From Alphaproteobacteria bacterium (lineage in GTDB: Bacteria; Pseudomonadota; Alphaproteobacteria; UBA11222): a stretch of DNA of 37,471 nt. A program made the position numbers and the translations under genes. Under the pieces are notes generated by a model. That model had not been told where the DNA came from and ran no database searches. It was given only the letters and a program-made list of their open reading frames with translations. This document shows positions 34,613-37,471 of this stretch, one piece after another; within the stretch, counting starts at the first letter, position 1; the number at the start of each line of letters is the position of its first letter. The stretch covers positions 1-37,471 of the forward strand of contig JBEBFX010000002.1 in NCBI GenBank assembly GCA_040081735.1, in the 5' to 3' direction.

Positions 34613-35188
34613 ATGAGCAGACAAAAATCAATCTGCGTTTATTGCGGATCAAAAGTTGGCAAAAACCCGGTCAACGCCGACTCTGCCCGGCAGTTGGGAA
34701 TATTACTGGCCGAACGTAAAATTCGCATGATTTATGGCGGCGGCAGCGCGCGCGCGGCCATGGACGCCGGCGGCCATGTTGTAGGGGTCATCACCCAGCA
34801 TCTGGAGGAACTTGAAGTCGGCCTCACCGGCATCTCGATGCGCCACATCGAGGCAACGATGCATGCCCGTAAAATGCGCATGTATGAACTGTCGGATGGC
34901 TTTATCGCGCTGCCAGGCGGCTCCGGCACCCTGGATGAAATTGCCGAAATTCTGTGCTGGCACCAGATCGGACTGCATAACAAGCCCGCTGTTCTACTCA
35001 ATAATACCGGCTACTGGGAACCGCTGATGCTGATGTTGCGCACCATGTACGATCAGGGCTTTCTGACGGCGGCAGGGCAGGACTATTTCTATCTCGCGAA
35101 GTCGGTTGAGGATGCGGTGGATTATATAGAGCAGCACAGCAGCCGCGAAATTGACCTCAAGCGAGTAATCGACCTTAAGCATTCTTAG
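34613..35188 (+). CDS. LOG-family (TIGR00730-type) nucleotide phosphoribohydrolase homologue
   Basis: 191 aa. Readable motifs are ICVYCGS, YGGG, MHARK and PGGSGTLDEIAE (PGGxGTxxE). The segment after YGGG is shorter than the family norm. Confidence 0.85.
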   Translation: MSRQKSICVYCGSKVGKNPVNADSARQLGILLAERKIRMIYGGGSARAAMDAGGHVVGVITQHLEELEVGLTGISMRHIEATMHARKMRMYELSDGFIALPGGSGTLDEIAEILCWHQIGLHNKPAVLLNNTGYWEPLMLMLRTMYDQGFLTAAGQDYFYLAKSVEDAVDYIEQHSSREIDLKRVIDLKHS

Positions 35189-35228
35189 TGCTATATCGGT
35201 CTAAATCCAGCCTGAATGAGGAAGCAGC

Positions 35229-36443
35229 ATGAGCAAGATCAAGGTCAAAAACCCCGTCGTTGAACTCGATGGCGACGAAATGACGCGCATCATCTGGCAG
35301 ATGATCCGCGAAAAACTGATCCTTCCCTATCTGGACGTGGATTTGAAATATTATGATCTTGGGATGGAAAACCGTGACGCCACCAATGATCAGGTGACGA
35401 TTGATTCGGCCGAGGCCATCAAAAAATATGGCGTTGGCGTGAAATGCGCCACCATCACGCCCGACGAAGAGCGGGTCAAGGAATTCAGCCTGAAGAAAAT
35501 GTGGAAATCGCCGAACGGCACCATCCGCAATATTCTGGGCGGCACTGTATTTCGTGAACCGATCATCATGCAGAATGTGCCACGCCTGGTGCCGGGCTGG
35601 ACCCAGCCCATCGTGATCGGCCGTCATGCGTTTGGCGATCAGTACCGGGCGACGGATTTTGTCGTGCCTGGCAAAGGCAAGCTGACCATGACGTTTACGC
35701 CCGAGGGCGGCGGCGCGCCGATGCAGTATGAAGTGTTCGATTTCCCCGGCGGCGGCGTGGCCATGGGCATGTACAATCTGGACGACTCGATTCGCGAATT
35801 CGCCCATGCCTGCCTGAATTACGGGCTGGAGCGAAAATGGCCGGTCTATCTGTCCACCAAGAACACCATCCTCAAGGCCTATGACGGGCGCTTCAAGGAT
35901 CTGTTTCAGGAAATCTTCGATAGTCATTATGCGGCGGGCTTCAAGGCGGCCGGAATTACCTATGAGCACCGCCTGATCGACGACATGGTTGCGGCGGCGA
36001 TGAAATGGAGCGGCGGTTTTGTGTGGGCCTGCAAGAATTATGACGGCGACGTGCAGTCCGATACGGTCGCGCAGGGGTTTGGCTCGCTGGGCCTGATGAC
36101 CAGCGTGCTGATGACCCCGGACGGCAAGACCGTCGAAGCCGAAGCGGCGCATGGCACGGTCACCCGGCATTACCGCCAGCATCAGCGCGGCGAGAAAACC
36201 TCGACCAATCCGATTGCGTCAATCTTTGCCTGGACCCGTGGTCTGGCCCATCGCGGCAAACTGGATAATACCCCGGAGGTCACGGCGTTCTCGCAAAAGA
36301 TCGAACGGGTGTGTATCGAAACGGTGGAAAGCGACAAGATGACCAAGGATCTGGCGCTGCTGATCGGCCCGGATGAACCCTGGATGACCACCGAGGACTT
36401 TATCGGCGCCATCGACAAGAACCTGCAAAAGGCGATGGCCTAG
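35229..36443 (+). CDS. icd: NADP-dependent isocitrate dehydrogenase (about 400-aa eukaryote-like type)
   Basis: 404 aa. The N-terminus [24 protein letters not shown] and overall sequence are typical. The minus-strand ORF 35175..36182 is its shadow. Confidence 0.95.
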   Translation: MSKIKVKNPVVELDGDEMTRIIWQMIREKLILPYLDVDLKYYDLGMENRDATNDQVTIDSAEAIKKYGVGVKCATITPDEERVKEFSLKKMWKSPNGTIRNILGGTVFREPIIMQNVPRLVPGWTQPIVIGRHAFGDQYRATDFVVPGKGKLTMTFTPEGGGAPMQYEVFDFPGGGVAMGMYNLDDSIREFAHACLNYGLERKWPVYLSTKNTILKAYDGRFKDLFQEIFDSHYAAGFKAAGITYEHRLIDDMVAAAMKWSGGFVWACKNYDGDVQSDTVAQGFGSLGLMTSVLMTPDGKTVEAEAAHGTVTRHYRQHQRGEKTSTNPIASIFAWTRGLAHRGKLDNTPEVTAFSQKIERVCIETVESDKMTKDLALLIGPDEPWMTTEDFIGAIDKNLQKAMA

Positions 36444-36576
36444 CAGGCTGCTGAAAAAACCCGTCTTTTTGTCATCCTGAGCGGAGCGAAGGATCTCAGA
36501 GGTGCTGGAAACGCTGGAGATCCTTCAGTCGCTGCGCTCCGTCAGGATGACAATTCCGGGTTTTTCAGCGGCCTGT
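36444..36576. repeat. MITE-like palindromic intergenic element, copy 2 (no nested insertion); flanked by TAG at 36441-36443 and 36577-36579
   Basis: Aligns end to end with 11041..11200 except for the 28-nt insertion and a few substitutions. Confidence 0.85.
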
Positions 36577-36601
36577 TAGGGCAGGTCCTCACGTAATCGG
36601 C

Positions 36602-37471
36602 TCAGCCCCCGGGATGCGGCAGGGAAACCAAATGCTTTACGGGGGGCGCGGGGCTGAACCGCGTGATCGCAGACAGGGGCGCAAGTTTGAAGCCGCGGGC
36701 CTCAAGGCCTGCGGCCCATTCTTCAAGGGCGGCGATGGTCGCGGCATGGGGATGTCCGATGGCGATTGCAAAGCCATTCTGGCGCGCAGTCTGTTCGGCT
36801 TTCAGCAGCTGCCGGTTAATCGCCTCCGGCGTAATCACATTATCCAGAAACACATCGCGCTCCAGTGTGGTCACCCCCAGTGAGCGGGCGGTGGATGCAG
36901 CCAGGGTGCGGGTTGCGGTGCGGGAATCCAGAAACAGCAGGCCACGGCGCTTTATCTCTGCCATTAACGCGCCCATGGCGGCGCTGTCTTGCGTCAAGCG
37001 GCTGCCCATATGATTGTTGAGGCCGATATAACCGTCAAAGCGGGCCAGGTTCCAGCGCAGGCGCCGGGTAAATTCAGTGTCTGTCAGTGCCGTGAGCAGC
37101 GCCTGGGGGCCGGGATCAACCCCGTTTTCCGCCTCCATCGGCAGATGCACCAGAACCTCGTGGCCGCTGGCCCGCGCTAATTTACTGAAATGGCCTGCGC
37201 CGCTGGCATAGGGCAATATGGCCAGAGTCATCGGCGCTGGCAAGGCCAAGGCGGCCAGGGCCCGCGCCGGGACAATGCCCACATCATCAATGACAATCGC
37301 AATCACCGGCAAGTGGCCGGGATTGGGCGGCGCCGCACCGGCGTTGCGCGCCCATGTTTGCGGTTGCAGGCTTGGTATGGCGGGGGGCGCGGGATCAGTG
37401 GCCCCCTGCAAACCGGCTGGATGCGGCCGGGCTGCATCGTCTGCGGGTGGCGCCGTGTGCGGCGTTTCAGC
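36602..37471 (-). CDS. divergent polysaccharide deacetylase family protein (YibQ-like), C-terminal part; reading frame open to the window end
   Basis: The text VIAIVIDDVGI...LPY...GHEVLVHLPME...LNNHMGS is typical of YibQ/DUF610. There is no in-frame stop between 37411 and 37471, and the track start is only a TTG. The true start is probably outside the window. Confidence 0.75.
   Translation of the reverse strand, partial: AETPHTAPPADDAARPHPAGLQGATDPAPPAIPSLQPQTWARNAGAAPPNPGHLPVIAIVIDDVGIVPARALAALALPAPMTLAILPYASGAGHFSKLARASGHEVLVHLPMEAENGVDPGPQALLTALTDTEFTRRLRWNLARFDGYIGLNNHMGSRLTQDSAAMGALMAEIKRRGLLFLDSRTATRTLAASTARSLGVTTLERDVFLDNVITPEAINRQLLKAEQTARQNGFAIAIGHPHAATIAALEEWAAGLEARGFKLAPLSAITRFSPAPPVKHLVSLPHPGG

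Noticed and set aside
1-37471. CRISPR arrays, rRNA genes, prophage or defence-system gene sets
   Set aside because: No regularly spaced direct repeats, no rRNA-like sequence, and no integrase, phage structural, restriction or toxin-antitoxin-like genes were seen. The only repeats are the palindromic intergenic elements described above.

Overview
High-GC chromosomal window that looks alphaproteobacterial (inference from gene content and repeat types). It is almost fully coding: about 33 protein genes, one tRNA-Ser(GCU), one truncated IS3-family transposase and several palindromic intergenic repeats. There is no rRNA and no CRISPR. Gene order, left to right: (i) a TPR + beta-barrel outer-membrane protein (Slam/DUF560-like) coupled to a secreted adhesin-like protein that runs off the left edge. 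(ii) A tightly packed five-gene coenzyme F420 operon, fno-cofE-cofD-cofC-fbiC, on the minus strand. (iii) Three tandem LLM-class (F420-type) oxidoreductase paralogues transcribed divergently from it. (iv) An orphan family-5 ABC solute-binding protein. (v) A complete Anbu-type operon: circularly permuted ATP-grasp, alpha-E, transglutaminase-like protein and proteasome-type peptidase. (vi) A SnoaL-like protein convergent with an NtaA-family FMN monooxygenase. (vii) A block of IS3 remnant, NTF2-like gene, tonB and a TonB-dependent receptor that abuts the 3' end of tRNA-Ser. (viii) Housekeeping genes: Sel1 protein, alaS, an SDR, psd-pssA, an Atm1-like ABC exporter, a DUF1329 protein, a LysM protein, a LOG-family protein, icd and a YibQ-like deacetylase that runs off the right edge. 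The best candidates for poorly understood biology are the Anbu/ATP-grasp/alpha-E/transglutaminase operon, the Slam-like OMP with a non-canonical cargo, the self-contained F420 module with triplicated LLM enzymes, and a MITE-like palindromic element flanked by TAG on both sides whose left TAG is the host gene's stop codon. All family assignments come from reading motifs by eye; no searches were run. The ORF track uses the most upstream ATG/GTG/TTG, so several starts were moved to positions with better Shine-Dalgarno and signal-peptide support.
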